Positions 1-9,967 of a DNA stretch of 64,000 nt are shown piece after piece. Every line of letters begins with the position of its first letter. Within the stretch, counting starts at the first letter, position 1. Under the pieces are notes generated by a model. It was not told the DNA's origin and did no database searches. It saw nothing but the letters and a program-made list of their open reading frames with translations. The translations under genes and the position numbers were made by a program. The DNA is taken from positions 53,518 to 117,517 of the forward strand of contig CAZAYU010000006.1 in assembly GCA_964489445.1 (NCBI GenBank), written 5' to 3'. Source of the stretch: an uncultured Planctomycetia bacterium (GTDB lineage: Bacteria; Omnitrophota; Gorgyraeia; Duberdicusellales; 4484-171).

Positions 1-912
1 CCGGGGATAAGCCGCAATCCGAGAGTCTTTACGGTAAAAATCAACAGCAGCATCCGGATTATAACGAGTAAATAATAGCGCCTCAACAGCAACGTCAGCT
101 AAAGCTTGGACAACATCAGGGGCATTCTCGTGAATTTCTTCACGGATAAAATCAAAACCGGTATTAAAAAAATACGGATAACCGGTATCTATTTTTCTCC
201 CTAATTTTTTCTGTTCAGAAAATGTTATGTGCGGATCCCAAAGAACTACTGCGTCAACACCTTTAGGTAAAAGCTGAGCATCGCGCATGCTCAAGCCGGC
301 AACCTTAAAGTCTTGACCACGAACTAAACCTTTGTGCTCAATCATAGCAGTAAGATAAAATTCTGCATACGACCCCAATGTCGTACCAATCACTGCCTGC
401 TTATCTTTCTGTTTAAGGTCTTCGGGAGATTGTATAGAAGAACGAGGTTTAACTAGCATGGCTATCTCATTATTAACACCGGTCAACGCATAAGCTTTAA
501 CCGGAGCACCTTTATCTACGGTAAGCCAAAAAGGAAAATCACCATAATGGGTAACTTGAGTTTGCCCACTCAAAAAAGCTTCAACAATCGTCGGCCCGCT
601 AAGAAAGCTTATGAATTTTACAGTAATACCTCTTTTTTCCAATAGCTTTAACTCTTTGATAATCGCATAACACGCTGAATACCCGGGAAGATCAGCAAAG
701 TAACCAATAGTTAGCGGCAGCCACCCTTTTGATTTTAGCCATTCTAACGACTCCTTACTTACTTGAGTGTACGGTAACGGCCAATTCCACTCAGTACTAT
801 CCTGTTTTGCAGGAATAGATTCAATTTGGTTGCCTTCCAATGCAGCTGTTGCTTCAACAGCATATCCGAGAATAATAGCAAAGACCAAATAAAAAATAAT
901 TCTTTTAGCCAT
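1..912 (-). CDS. ABC transporter substrate-binding protein (NitT/TauT/SsuA-NMT1 family), 5' end in window, 3' end beyond window start
   Basis: Minus-strand ORF open to the window edge with ATG at 910-912 (MAKRIIFYLVFAIILGYAVEATAAL signal peptide). The body resembles periplasmic nitrate/sulfonate/bicarbonate-binding proteins (…VIGTTLGSYAEFYL…GVDAVVLWDPH…). It is not in the ORF track because it is truncated. Confidence 0.6.
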   Translation of the reverse strand, partial: MAKRIIFYLVFAIILGYAVEATAALEGNQIESIPAKQDSTEWNWPLPYTQVSKESLEWLKSKGWLPLTIGYFADLPGYSACYAIIKELKLLEKRGITVKFISFLSGPTIVEAFLSGQTQVTHYGDFPFWLTVDKGAPVKAYALTGVNNEIAMLVKPRSSIQSPEDLKQKDKQAVIGTTLGSYAEFYLTAMIEHKGLVRGQDFKVAGLSMRDAQLLPKGVDAVVLWDPHITFSEQKKLGRKIDTGYPYFFNTGFDFIREEIHENAPDVVQALADVAVEALLFTRYNPDAAVDFYRKDSRIAAYPR

Positions 913-976
913 AGTTTGCGCTCCTCTTTATAAGTCTAGCCAAGACTCATGTTCGACACAACACATCAAACATTAC

Positions 977-2215
977 TCAAATACGATAACCAAAGCACCC
1001 TCCCTGGCAAACAGTCTTGTCGCCAAGATTGGAAGATTTATTTTTTAATTGACGCTTATAGTTACTAAAATACTTACAAGTTTTACAGTCCTCCATAAGA
1101 GGCTGCAAACATAGCTGTTCTATAGGCGCCTTAAACTGCCGATCCATTTCTTGACGGGTAGTATCAGGTGTAATCTTCTTCCCTTTAATATGAACAACAG
1201 GACAAGGATAACAAGTTAAGTCTGGATTTACGGTTATCAAATTAGCATAGTCACCATTAACGTCAAAACAATCACACCGATAATCAAATAAAAACGGAGA
1301 TATGGAATTTAGAAATTTGATTTCTTCTTTATTGAACATGCACAAGAATAAAGGCCGATAAAAGAAAAATAAAATATTATTCACATAGGCATAAGAAGAA
1401 ATATCCATAATTTGCTTAGCTAGTTTTCTCATATTCTGTCTTAATTTCTGAGGAGTTAAAGTATTCTGATTCCTGGGCAAAGCTGTACTAAAACGCAAAA
1501 CTATCTGATCGGAACACTGCTTAATCGTATCAATGAACCCTTGCCAATTATCATCTTCACACTGAATAACCCATGACGCTACTAGAGGAATACCTTTATC
1601 GAGAGCCTCTGTAATATTTCGATAGAAAATGCTTTTCTTCTCTTGCGATAAATTATTCTGAGGATAACTAAAATTTATAGACTCTATTAAACACCTATCC
1701 AGTAGAGAGCTTGTTTCACGGTTATATAAACCATTAGTAGAAAGAGAAATGCTAAGCTTGTGCCGACGGGCTATCTCCAATACACTTTTAAATTCAGGGT
1801 ATACGGTAGGCTCTCCCCCTAAAAGCCGAAAACTTTCCCATCCTTGAGACTTTGCCCAATGAGCTAAAAACTCAAAATCAGCTAAAGACATATGCTGTTT
1901 AAACTCTTCTCGAGGAATCTGCGCATAACAAAAAGAACAATTTACATTGCAATAGTAAGTTACACAAACACGCAAAATCTTCTTATGTGTTTTGCTACTT
2001 TTATTCACCTGAATGCTTCTATCCAAAAGAAGTCTTTGTTTGTAACGTATGTGTACTTTATTTAACCACAGCAGAGAAGGAAACATAAGCCTTACCAACC
2101 TAATAATAATTATACACAGCAACGAGATAACTACCTGAAAACGATAAGCAGGCAGGTTAAATAATTCTTTAATTCTCGTAAATTCTGTTTTATAGATTAT
2201 CATTGCATTACCCAA
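977..2215 (-). CDS. Radical SAM/SPASM-domain protein, membrane-anchored (family A)
   Basis: CNVNCSFC (CxxxCxxC) followed by LGGEPTVYPEF, with a Cys-rich C-terminus (CYPCPVV…CKTCKYF…VCQGGCFGYRI). There is an N-terminal hydrophobic helix. The track start is TTG; ATG 12 nt downstream at 2203 is an alternative. Confidence 0.75.
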   Translation of the reverse strand: MGNAMIIYKTEFTRIKELFNLPAYRFQVVISLLCIIIIRLVRLMFPSLLWLNKVHIRYKQRLLLDRSIQVNKSSKTHKKILRVCVTYYCNVNCSFCYAQIPREEFKQHMSLADFEFLAHWAKSQGWESFRLLGGEPTVYPEFKSVLEIARRHKLSISLSTNGLYNRETSSLLDRCLIESINFSYPQNNLSQEKKSIFYRNITEALDKGIPLVASWVIQCEDDNWQGFIDTIKQCSDQIVLRFSTALPRNQNTLTPQKLRQNMRKLAKQIMDISSYAYVNNILFFFYRPLFLCMFNKEEIKFLNSISPFLFDYRCDCFDVNGDYANLITVNPDLTCYPCPVVHIKGKKITPDTTRQEMDRQFKAPIEQLCLQPLMEDCKTCKYFSNYKRQLKNKSSNLGDKTVCQGGCFGYRI

Positions 2216-2240
2216 TAATTTTTTTCTCTAGCCTATGGCT

Positions 2241-3473
2241 TCAACGATAACCAAAACATCCGCCTTGGCAAACTGTTTTATCCGCTAAATCAAAAGATTT
2301 TTGTTTTATTTGCCTTTGATACTTAGCAAAAAAATCGCAAGTTTTACATGAATCCATTAACGGCTGCGCAGACATTGTGCTTACCACATGTTTAAAGCGA
2401 TGTTCAATGTCACTTAAGTTAACCTTCGGGCCGATTTTTACACCACCAGTACGCACAACAGGACAGGGATAGCAACTTAAATCCGGATTAACAGTCAGCC
2501 TTAGCCCAGCATAGTTATCGCCTAAATTAAGAGGACAACGAGTATAGTACACGAAGGGACTTATTGAATCTAAGTAATCAAAATCGGCGTCAGACAGCAT
2601 GCAGCGCAAAAAAGGCCGGTAAAAATGGAATGTCACATGGTTTTTAAGAGCATAATTGGCAATATCTAAGGCTTGCCTTGACATTTTTTTAAAATTCTCC
2701 CTTACGCGTTCAAAGCTAGAACATTTCTCATTATTCGGCAGAACCATGCTAAAGCGTACCACAATATTAGGCCGGTACTTACTGGCTAAATCAATCACCT
2801 GGCGCCAATCTTCTTTGTCGGGATATATAACGCACGACATAATTAATTCCGTTTCTTTATCCATAGCATTCTTAAGATTTTGATGAAAAAGTTTCTTCTC
2901 ATCCCGGTTATTTTCATCTTGAGGATAACTAAAATTTATTGACCGCACTACTTTATCACCAAGGAAAAGACTTATTTCAGAATTAAATAAACCATTAGTC
3001 GAAAGATCAATATAAAATCCTTTTTTTTCTGTCATACTTAATATGCTTTTAAATTCAGGATGCACAGTCGGTTCACCACCCAAAAACCTGATCGCTTTCC
3101 ACCCCTGGAGTTTTGCCCAATTAAGCAAAAAATCAAAATCACTCAAAACCATATGGTGTTTAAATTCTTCTTGAAAGCTCCTAGAATAACAAAAAGAACA
3201 TTCCTTATTGCAACTATAAGTAATACAAACTCGTAAAGTTTCTAAATTAGCCAGTATTTTCGGAGCCCTAATTAACTTTTGCTTGTGTCGCGCATATGCT
3301 ATCTTTAAAGGTTCTGTAGAAATTTTACATTTTCTTAATACGGAGATTAAATAAGTTATTCCCACTGACAAAATAATGCGCGAGAAAGGCACACGCCTAG
3401 ATTCAGCCATTATTTTTATGAAAATAATTTTACTTATCAAATTCTCCCAATACTTTTTAAAAATACCTTTCAT
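2241..3473 (-). CDS. Radical SAM/SPASM-domain protein, tandem paralogue of the 977..2215 gene
   Basis: CNKECSFC followed by LGGEPTVHPEF, and the same C-terminal CQGGCFGYR motif. The N-terminal TM helix and ATG start are as in the neighbour. Confidence 0.75.
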   Translation of the reverse strand: MKGIFKKYWENLISKIIFIKIMAESRRVPFSRIILSVGITYLISVLRKCKISTEPLKIAYARHKQKLIRAPKILANLETLRVCITYSCNKECSFCYSRSFQEEFKHHMVLSDFDFLLNWAKLQGWKAIRFLGGEPTVHPEFKSILSMTEKKGFYIDLSTNGLFNSEISLFLGDKVVRSINFSYPQDENNRDEKKLFHQNLKNAMDKETELIMSCVIYPDKEDWRQVIDLASKYRPNIVVRFSMVLPNNEKCSSFERVRENFKKMSRQALDIANYALKNHVTFHFYRPFLRCMLSDADFDYLDSISPFVYYTRCPLNLGDNYAGLRLTVNPDLSCYPCPVVRTGGVKIGPKVNLSDIEHRFKHVVSTMSAQPLMDSCKTCDFFAKYQRQIKQKSFDLADKTVCQGGCFGYR

Positions 3474-3562
3474 TGCTCTCTAAAAAATGAAGTGCTTAGC
3501 AAAACTTTGAACTTTCAAATTATTTACTCCTACTCTTACTGTAAAATTTTATAAAGGTAGGT

Positions 3563-4663
3563 TTAAAAAACTAACTGTACCTGAAGAGCGACTTTATTCC
3601 TAGGCTTTGAGCCGTAATTCTCTTCCGCACTGCGAATAATGTAATTTAACTTTATATTATTTAAGGTTCCTTCTTTCAAAAACCAAGTTAGACCAACAGT
3701 AACCGTTTCGATGCCTGTATTGCTAATCTCTGAGTCCTTCTCGTACCAAGCGTAACGTACCGGAATTTCAATCCAGGATAAGGGTTTAAAACCAACCATC
3801 GCATACCACCCTCGAGGTTTCTGGGTGGGAAATTGAAACCTTTCTACACCGTTTACTTCTGAAAACCCTTCGTGCAACGCCTGCAAGTACTCATAAACAA
3901 CTCTAAATTTCCCGCTATTATATGCAATATCCACACCATAAGCATGTTCCGGCAAATTTCGCTCTTCGTTCCGACCTAAATCCGAAACAACATCTACCTG
4001 AGAATATCCGTGGAATCCGGAAACACCAAGTTCTAATCCCTCTAAAGGGCTAAGCCATAGCCGGCCGGTAAAATCTTTTTTCTCGTTATCGTCAAAATGA
4101 TCCAACCCGGCTCCAGTAGTAACAGAAAAAATATACCCCCAAGGAAATTTAGTTTCCAAAAAATTGCCCCATAACCATACTCCCTTATCATAACCATAAT
4201 TACCATTTCTACCCATACTCAACCATATTCCGTCAATGACTTCCGGTCGGAGAATAAACGGAATCTTCGGTAATATTTCTGTTCCAGAGCGAGAAAATCT
4301 GTACCACGATTGTCCTACCTTGATATTAACAGCAGAATTAACTTTTAGATTAAACCAAGCATCCAAAAGAGTCGCAGGGTCATTGTAAGTCAACCTTCCC
4401 CACTCTGACAAAAACATATAATCAATCCGGGAATTTAAATTACCCCTAACCCCCAATCTTACCCTAGCTATTTTTAAATCTTCGCCATGAGTTTTTCCGG
4501 CAGTATTATCATACTGGGCCCATAAATGGGTGAACCCGAAGGCATTAATCGTAAATTCATCTTCATTTTGATCTACTTCTTCAGAAAAACAAAAATTAGT
4601 GCTCGCCAAAATAAAAACAAAAACAACAGTTAATATTAAACTTGCACCGCGTTTTAAATTCAT
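3563..4663 (-). CDS. Outer-membrane beta-barrel protein (porin-like)
   Basis: Signal peptide MNLKRGASLILTVVFVFILAS. The body has alternating hydrophobic beta-strand patterns rich in aromatic/Gly residues and ends in the typical …ALQVQLVF C-terminal Phe. Confidence 0.55.
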   Translation of the reverse strand: MNLKRGASLILTVVFVFILASTNFCFSEEVDQNEDEFTINAFGFTHLWAQYDNTAGKTHGEDLKIARVRLGVRGNLNSRIDYMFLSEWGRLTYNDPATLLDAWFNLKVNSAVNIKVGQSWYRFSRSGTEILPKIPFILRPEVIDGIWLSMGRNGNYGYDKGVWLWGNFLETKFPWGYIFSVTTGAGLDHFDDNEKKDFTGRLWLSPLEGLELGVSGFHGYSQVDVVSDLGRNEERNLPEHAYGVDIAYNSGKFRVVYEYLQALHEGFSEVNGVERFQFPTQKPRGWYAMVGFKPLSWIEIPVRYAWYEKDSEISNTGIETVTVGLTWFLKEGTLNNIKLNYIIRSAEENYGSKPRNKVALQVQLVF

Positions 4664-4710
4664 CTCACTTATTTATATTCCCAATAGATAATTACCCGAT
4701 TAACTATCAC

Positions 4711-7491
4711 TCACGAAAAACAAGAACTCTGATTGTGCCATCTAAGATTCAAGCACCCCCCCTGACAAACTCTTTGGCTAAAAAAATCCTTACTTTTTTG
4801 AGAATTCTTATCATTTAAACTATTCATAAAAAGATCATGCGCCAGGCACTCATTACATGATTCAATCAAACAATTAGAAATTAGCTGTGCTGTATTTTTC
4901 TTTAAAAAAGCATTTAACTCTTTCCTATTTTTGAATTTCAATATATTCTCGTTCTTCATAAAAACTGAATAACAAAATGAAAAACTTAAATCAGGATTTA
5001 CAGTAAGCATATACGTATACCGGCCTTTATACCCTATCGGACACCTAGTGTATGCCACATAAGGAGAAATTTCCTTAAGCTTCTTCCACTCTTTATCCGA
5101 GAACATGCACACAGGAATGGGGCGGTAGTTATAAAACGGTATCCTCAACCTTACACATTCCTTCTGAATCTGCATTATTTGACGAAAGAAATGTTGACTA
5201 TAATCAAATATATTGCACCCAAGATTTTGCTTCGATGAATCCGGCAATGCCAAACTTGTCCTCACAAACGTTGGTTTGTAATATTCTACATCGAAAAACA
5301 ATTTTCTCAAGTCTTCTTTGTCCTTACCTATTATATAAGAGAATCCAAAACTTATATTTCTTGCTTTCCACTCCTTAAGATTCCGATCAAAAAATCGCTG
5401 CTGGCTAGAATTTGCAACCTGGCGGGCATTATAATTTACAATAACATTTTCATGCCAAAAACTTTTTACATTTGAAATAATCCGGCTGGGAAAAACATTA
5501 TTTGTTGCTATTGTTATAAACATTTTATGTTTATAACACAATTTAAGCATATCACTAAAATCTGGATGAAGCGTCGGTTCTCCTCCCAAAAAAACCATTC
5601 TATTCCATTTGTTTTTCTTAGCCCAAATTAATAGGCGATAGAAATCATTTAGTGTCATATCATTTGGTATTTTTTCCTTAAAATCTCGTGCATAGCAATA
5701 TTTGCAAGATAAATTACATTTATACGTTGTGCATACTTTCAATAAGGAATCTTGCATCCGAGGCAACCAGTCAGGTTTTCTTGTGTGCACATGGTAATGT
5801 AGTTGGCTCCAAGCGTCCCTTCTTGACCATCTTTTACTCGAAAAGATTAGCAATTGATAGAAAACAGTCAAATAAGATTTAAAATAAAAAAAAGAATAAC
5901 CTAGCAATCTTCCAGATAACCATAACCTCCTGACTTTATTAATAATTCTGTGAATTATTTTCTTTTGGGAATTTATTGTAATAACGGCTATTTCAATCGT
6001 TCTTTGACGAATACGTTTAAAATTCAATTTGAATGATACAATAAATAGATACAAATGATGCCATACTGAATGCAACACCATAAACTTATACTTATCAAGA
6101 TGCCTGATTGGTTTTTTACATATTGCTTTTATGCGAATAGCTTTCATTTTCTTAACGATCTTCTTTCTTAGCTTGTCATTATTCTGACCAAATAAAAATC
6201 CAGGAACAGAGTAGTTGTTATTTTCAAACTTAAAATCATTATTAAATTTATCCTTGTATATTTCAGAAAGCGTGCTACCCGGCAAAAAGTTTGCAAACAA
6301 AAACCATGCTCTATCCAATCCTAAACTTTCCGCAAAAGATAATGTTTCATTAATCTCTGCTTCCGTTTCCCCCGGAAACCCCAAAATAAAAAAGCTATTG
6401 GTATCTATACCAATTTTCCTTGCTACTTTGACTATTTCTTTTACCTGTATTAGGTTCACAGGCTTTCCAATAAAGGTCTCAAGTATCCGTTTGTTGGCGC
6501 TTTCGATACCTAAAGTTAACTCATAGCAACCACTTTCTTTCATTAATTCCAATAATTTTTCATCCAGTGTCCAAGCTGCAACTCCGTTAGGCATATTCCA
6601 ATGTATATTAAATTTCCGTTTAATCATGCCTTCAAACAACTCCACTGTTCTTTTTTTATCTTGTGTTAGATTATCATCAATAAATTGTACTTCTCTTATC
6701 GAAAACTTTTTAATTAATTCTTCAATCTCGTTTAATACATTTTCTGTTGTCCGAACCCGGTATCTTCTTCCCCAATAATTACTTGATGAACAAAATTGGC
6801 AATCCTCTAAACAACCTCGTGAGGTTATCAAGGTTGTATTGCGTTTAGTTTTAGAAATGTGCCCGGGAGGCCTGTTGATGCTATAATATTCTTCCATTGG
6901 TATTAACTGGCGAGCAGGAAAAGAAATATCATCTAAACACCGAATAAAATTATTCTTTTTATTTACAATAATTTCTTTTCCGTTCCGCCAAGCTATTCCA
7001 TCTAAATCGTAAACCGAACGGCTTAAATTGAGCCGAGATAACAGTTCTTTGAAAGAACTTTCTCCTTCACCAAGCACAATGAAATCTATATCAGTATCCC
7101 GCATGCATTCTCGAGCAAGAAAAGTAGGATGGCTGCCGCCGATAACAGTAACAATCTCTTTATTAAGAAATTTTACCTCTTTGCAAATACTTTGAGCAGC
7201 TATGAATTGGCTTGAAAATAAGCAGCTAATACCGACTACATCCGGAGTGAATATTCTAATTTCTTCTTTAATCTTTCCCATCTTTAAACCATGACGATAA
7301 CGTTTCTCTCCTGCTAAAACTCGATGTTTAAATCCTTCAACTACACAATCTAAGATTTTTACATTAAAATCATCTTTAATCGCGCTGGCAATATAAGCTA
7401 GTCCTAGGGGAGGAGTAACAACTTCGTAACTTCCTGTCGGCAATAAGAATGGTGGAAAAATCAAAAGTACATTTTTTATTTTTTTACTCAT
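4711..7491 (-). CDS. Fusion protein: cobalamin-binding (class B) radical SAM domain + family-A SPASM radical SAM domain
   Basis: N-terminal B12-binding-like domain (…VIGGSHPTF…) then radical SAM TSRGCLEDCQFC. The C-terminal ~400 aa is paralogous to ORFs 977/2241, including the hydrophobic linker, CTTYKCNLSCKYCYA, LGGEPTLHPDF and the terminal VCQGGC. Confidence 0.75.
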   Translation of the reverse strand: MSKKIKNVLLIFPPFLLPTGSYEVVTPPLGLAYIASAIKDDFNVKILDCVVEGFKHRVLAGEKRYRHGLKMGKIKEEIRIFTPDVVGISCLFSSQFIAAQSICKEVKFLNKEIVTVIGGSHPTFLARECMRDTDIDFIVLGEGESSFKELLSRLNLSRSVYDLDGIAWRNGKEIIVNKKNNFIRCLDDISFPARQLIPMEEYYSINRPPGHISKTKRNTTLITSRGCLEDCQFCSSSNYWGRRYRVRTTENVLNEIEELIKKFSIREVQFIDDNLTQDKKRTVELFEGMIKRKFNIHWNMPNGVAAWTLDEKLLELMKESGCYELTLGIESANKRILETFIGKPVNLIQVKEIVKVARKIGIDTNSFFILGFPGETEAEINETLSFAESLGLDRAWFLFANFLPGSTLSEIYKDKFNNDFKFENNNYSVPGFLFGQNNDKLRKKIVKKMKAIRIKAICKKPIRHLDKYKFMVLHSVWHHLYLFIVSFKLNFKRIRQRTIEIAVITINSQKKIIHRIINKVRRLWLSGRLLGYSFFYFKSYLTVFYQLLIFSSKRWSRRDAWSQLHYHVHTRKPDWLPRMQDSLLKVCTTYKCNLSCKYCYARDFKEKIPNDMTLNDFYRLLIWAKKNKWNRMVFLGGEPTLHPDFSDMLKLCYKHKMFITIATNNVFPSRIISNVKSFWHENVIVNYNARQVANSSQQRFFDRNLKEWKARNISFGFSYIIGKDKEDLRKLFFDVEYYKPTFVRTSLALPDSSKQNLGCNIFDYSQHFFRQIMQIQKECVRLRIPFYNYRPIPVCMFSDKEWKKLKEISPYVAYTRCPIGYKGRYTYMLTVNPDLSFSFCYSVFMKNENILKFKNRKELNAFLKKNTAQLISNCLIESCNECLAHDLFMNSLNDKNSQKSKDFFSQRVCQGGCLNLRWHNQSSCFS

Positions 7492-7523
7492 TTAAAAATA
7501 ATTTATTACTTGGCTTGTGCCGA

Positions 7524-8768
7524 TTACCATACCTGATTCCGAGTCACATCAAATAGAGTCTCTTTCTTTCTGATTAATTCCACTTTTTTTGATGAATTTA
7601 AAAAATAAACAGCACTTCTCGGCCGAGAAAATTGATTAGCATACGGGATAGAATAAGCTCCAACACCAAAAATTACCAAGATATCCCCCCTTTCTATGCT
7701 AGGACTCCAAACATTCAGAAAAAGCTTATCGAAAGAATTAACTGACGCACTATAAATATTTACCTTCTCCATCGGGCTTTGCTTTACTTTATTCGCAATT
7801 AAAAATCCTCTATTTTTAAAAAGCGGACGGTATCCAAGATCATTCATTAAAATATCCGTATACACATTTCTTCCTTTCTTCTCAACAATTTTTCCAACCA
7901 AAATAGCACTATTACCCATTATCGACCTTCCTGGCTCAAGAGAAATATTTAGATTTAATCTTGTTTTTCTGAAATTAGCATCATAACCCCTCTCAATCGC
8001 TTTAATAAAATGCTCCAGACTTACAGGAAATTTAGAAAAAAACGGAAAAGCATGTTGTATTCCTTGGGAAGGAAATCCTCCGCCAAGATTTATTTCTCTA
8101 ATGTCAACACCCCGAACTTTGAATTGCTTGGCTAAACTAAATAGGTTTTTTAATGATTTTTGGTAATAGGCCGGCTTAACAAAAGAAAAAGTAAGATGTG
8201 CCAATAGCCCCTTAATGTCAACAAAAGAGTACTTATCGAAATTATTTAAAAGATATCTTACTTCCTGTGAACCTAGCCCATAGCTCCTTTGGCCCGTAGT
8301 TAGAAAAATATTTCTTAAATCATACGAACTTACCTGAGGATCTATACGTAAACCAATGTTAACTTTTAGCAATTGCCCTTTGGCAATCTTATTCAAACGG
8401 TTCAATTCATCTATTGAATCAATATTAATCAATTGGATATTTTTTTCTACACATTTTTTTAAGAAAGCATCGGATTTATTCGTACCGTCTACAATAATAT
8501 CAAAGTGGGGAAATTGTGCTTTTTCCGCTAAAAACATATCTAAGTCTCCAGAAACCTCAGCCCCTAAGCCCATCTTTCTTATAGTCTGGAGCACTCTTGA
8601 TTCGTAATTTGTTTTAAGGGAATAATAAATCTTAGTATTAGGTTTACTTTTCGTAAGACGAAGCAGAATGCTACAATTCTTCGTAATTATGTTTTCGGAA
8701 ATTACAAAAAATGGTGTAGCGGTTCTTTTTGAAAAATCAACAATATCCAAACCTTCGAAATAATACAT
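7524..8768 (-). CDS. PLP-dependent decarboxylase, Orn/DAP/Arg decarboxylase (fold-III, LysA-like) family
   Basis: YSLKTN (PLP-Lys motif YAxKAN-like), GGGFPS and EPGRSIMG motifs, with TIM-barrel plus beta-sandwich domain order. Confidence 0.65.
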   Translation of the reverse strand: MYYFEGLDIVDFSKRTATPFFVISENIITKNCSILLRLTKSKPNTKIYYSLKTNYESRVLQTIRKMGLGAEVSGDLDMFLAEKAQFPHFDIIVDGTNKSDAFLKKCVEKNIQLINIDSIDELNRLNKIAKGQLLKVNIGLRIDPQVSSYDLRNIFLTTGQRSYGLGSQEVRYLLNNFDKYSFVDIKGLLAHLTFSFVKPAYYQKSLKNLFSLAKQFKVRGVDIREINLGGGFPSQGIQHAFPFFSKFPVSLEHFIKAIERGYDANFRKTRLNLNISLEPGRSIMGNSAILVGKIVEKKGRNVYTDILMNDLGYRPLFKNRGFLIANKVKQSPMEKVNIYSASVNSFDKLFLNVWSPSIERGDILVIFGVGAYSIPYANQFSRPRSAVYFLNSSKKVELIRKKETLFDVTRNQVW

Positions 8769-8891
8769 TTTTTATTTTAAAACCGGCTTTCTCTTGTTGC
8801 TAAATTTCATCTAAGGTTAACTACTAAAATGCTCCCACCATGAATAAAATCCTACACTCACAATATGTTTGGCTTCGACGCTAATGTACCT

Positions 8892-9905
8892 TTAAATAGC
8901 ATTATCAATGTACCGCTTTCGAAACTGCTGATTTCTCATAACACAATCAGAAGAATCGATTACTTTATATAGTAGATGACCATTCATCTTCCGCCAAAGA
9001 ATAACTAACGAATTTTCCCGGACATTACCAAAACGAAGCGGAACAAAATTACACGGTTGAATATCACCATAAGGTGAAACATAAAACAGCTTCTTTAGAA
9101 CCGCATTGCATCGTGAATAATAACTACAGATTGCTTCCAGATGAACGTAACAAGGATCAAGAAGACCATTGATATACTTTTTTTCCTGCTGCGACAACAT
9201 CATCTCGCAACTATTTAGCCACTTTCCTCCAGGAATAGCAAAAAGCAACACCACCCCTTTCGCTTTTAATTCTCTTGCCAGCTTAATGATCGATGGTATT
9301 TCATCTTTCCTGCAGATATTTTCTTTTGAAACGCACACAGAAACAAAAACAGTAATATTTTCTTCAACACACATCGAAATTGCTTTTTTTGCTTTTTCAA
9401 ACAAGCCAATACGCTTTCGGAATTTATCGTGAATTTTCGGATATGAACTATCAATACTGATATTTATAAATGTAAGACCCCGATTTTTTAATTGCCGGAT
9501 CTTTTCCCGCGTTAATAATAACGCATTAGTGCTAACAGCAGTAATCAGCCCTTTTTTTGCCGTATACTCAACTAACTCACTTATGTCTTCCCTTAATAAC
9601 GGTTCGCCACCGGTAAAATTAACAAAATAAACACCTAATTTATAAGCTTGAAAAATCACCTTTATTACTTCTTCTGTGCTTAATTCTTTCTTGCTACTAT
9701 TCAAACTCCTTTCAATCCCGCAGTGCACACAGTCCAATTGGCATCTATCAGTAACCCCTAAAATAAGCGTATTCGGAGCACTCATCCATGGTAGATTATT
9801 CATGAGTTTACGCAATATAATATTGGTTTTTCTAAAAAAAGAGAACGGTCTCAAAAATACATCATACTGATACTTTTTTTGATTTAACCAATTAGCAATA
9901 TTCAT
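8892..9905 (-). CDS. Radical SAM protein with SPASM/twitch-like C-terminus
   Basis: GVTDRCQLDCVHCGI followed by FTGGEPLLRED, with C-terminal Cys cluster CSYYSRCNAV…PCNFVP. Confidence 0.75.
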   Translation of the reverse strand: MNIANWLNQKKYQYDVFLRPFSFFRKTNIILRKLMNNLPWMSAPNTLILGVTDRCQLDCVHCGIERSLNSSKKELSTEEVIKVIFQAYKLGVYFVNFTGGEPLLREDISELVEYTAKKGLITAVSTNALLLTREKIRQLKNRGLTFINISIDSSYPKIHDKFRKRIGLFEKAKKAISMCVEENITVFVSVCVSKENICRKDEIPSIIKLARELKAKGVVLLFAIPGGKWLNSCEMMLSQQEKKYINGLLDPCYVHLEAICSYYSRCNAVLKKLFYVSPYGDIQPCNFVPLRFGNVRENSLVILWRKMNGHLLYKVIDSSDCVMRNQQFRKRYIDNAI

Positions 9906-9967
9906 AAAATGCTATTATCCAAATTCTTCTTTAAATTTTAGAGGTAACCCGATATTATTTAAATATG

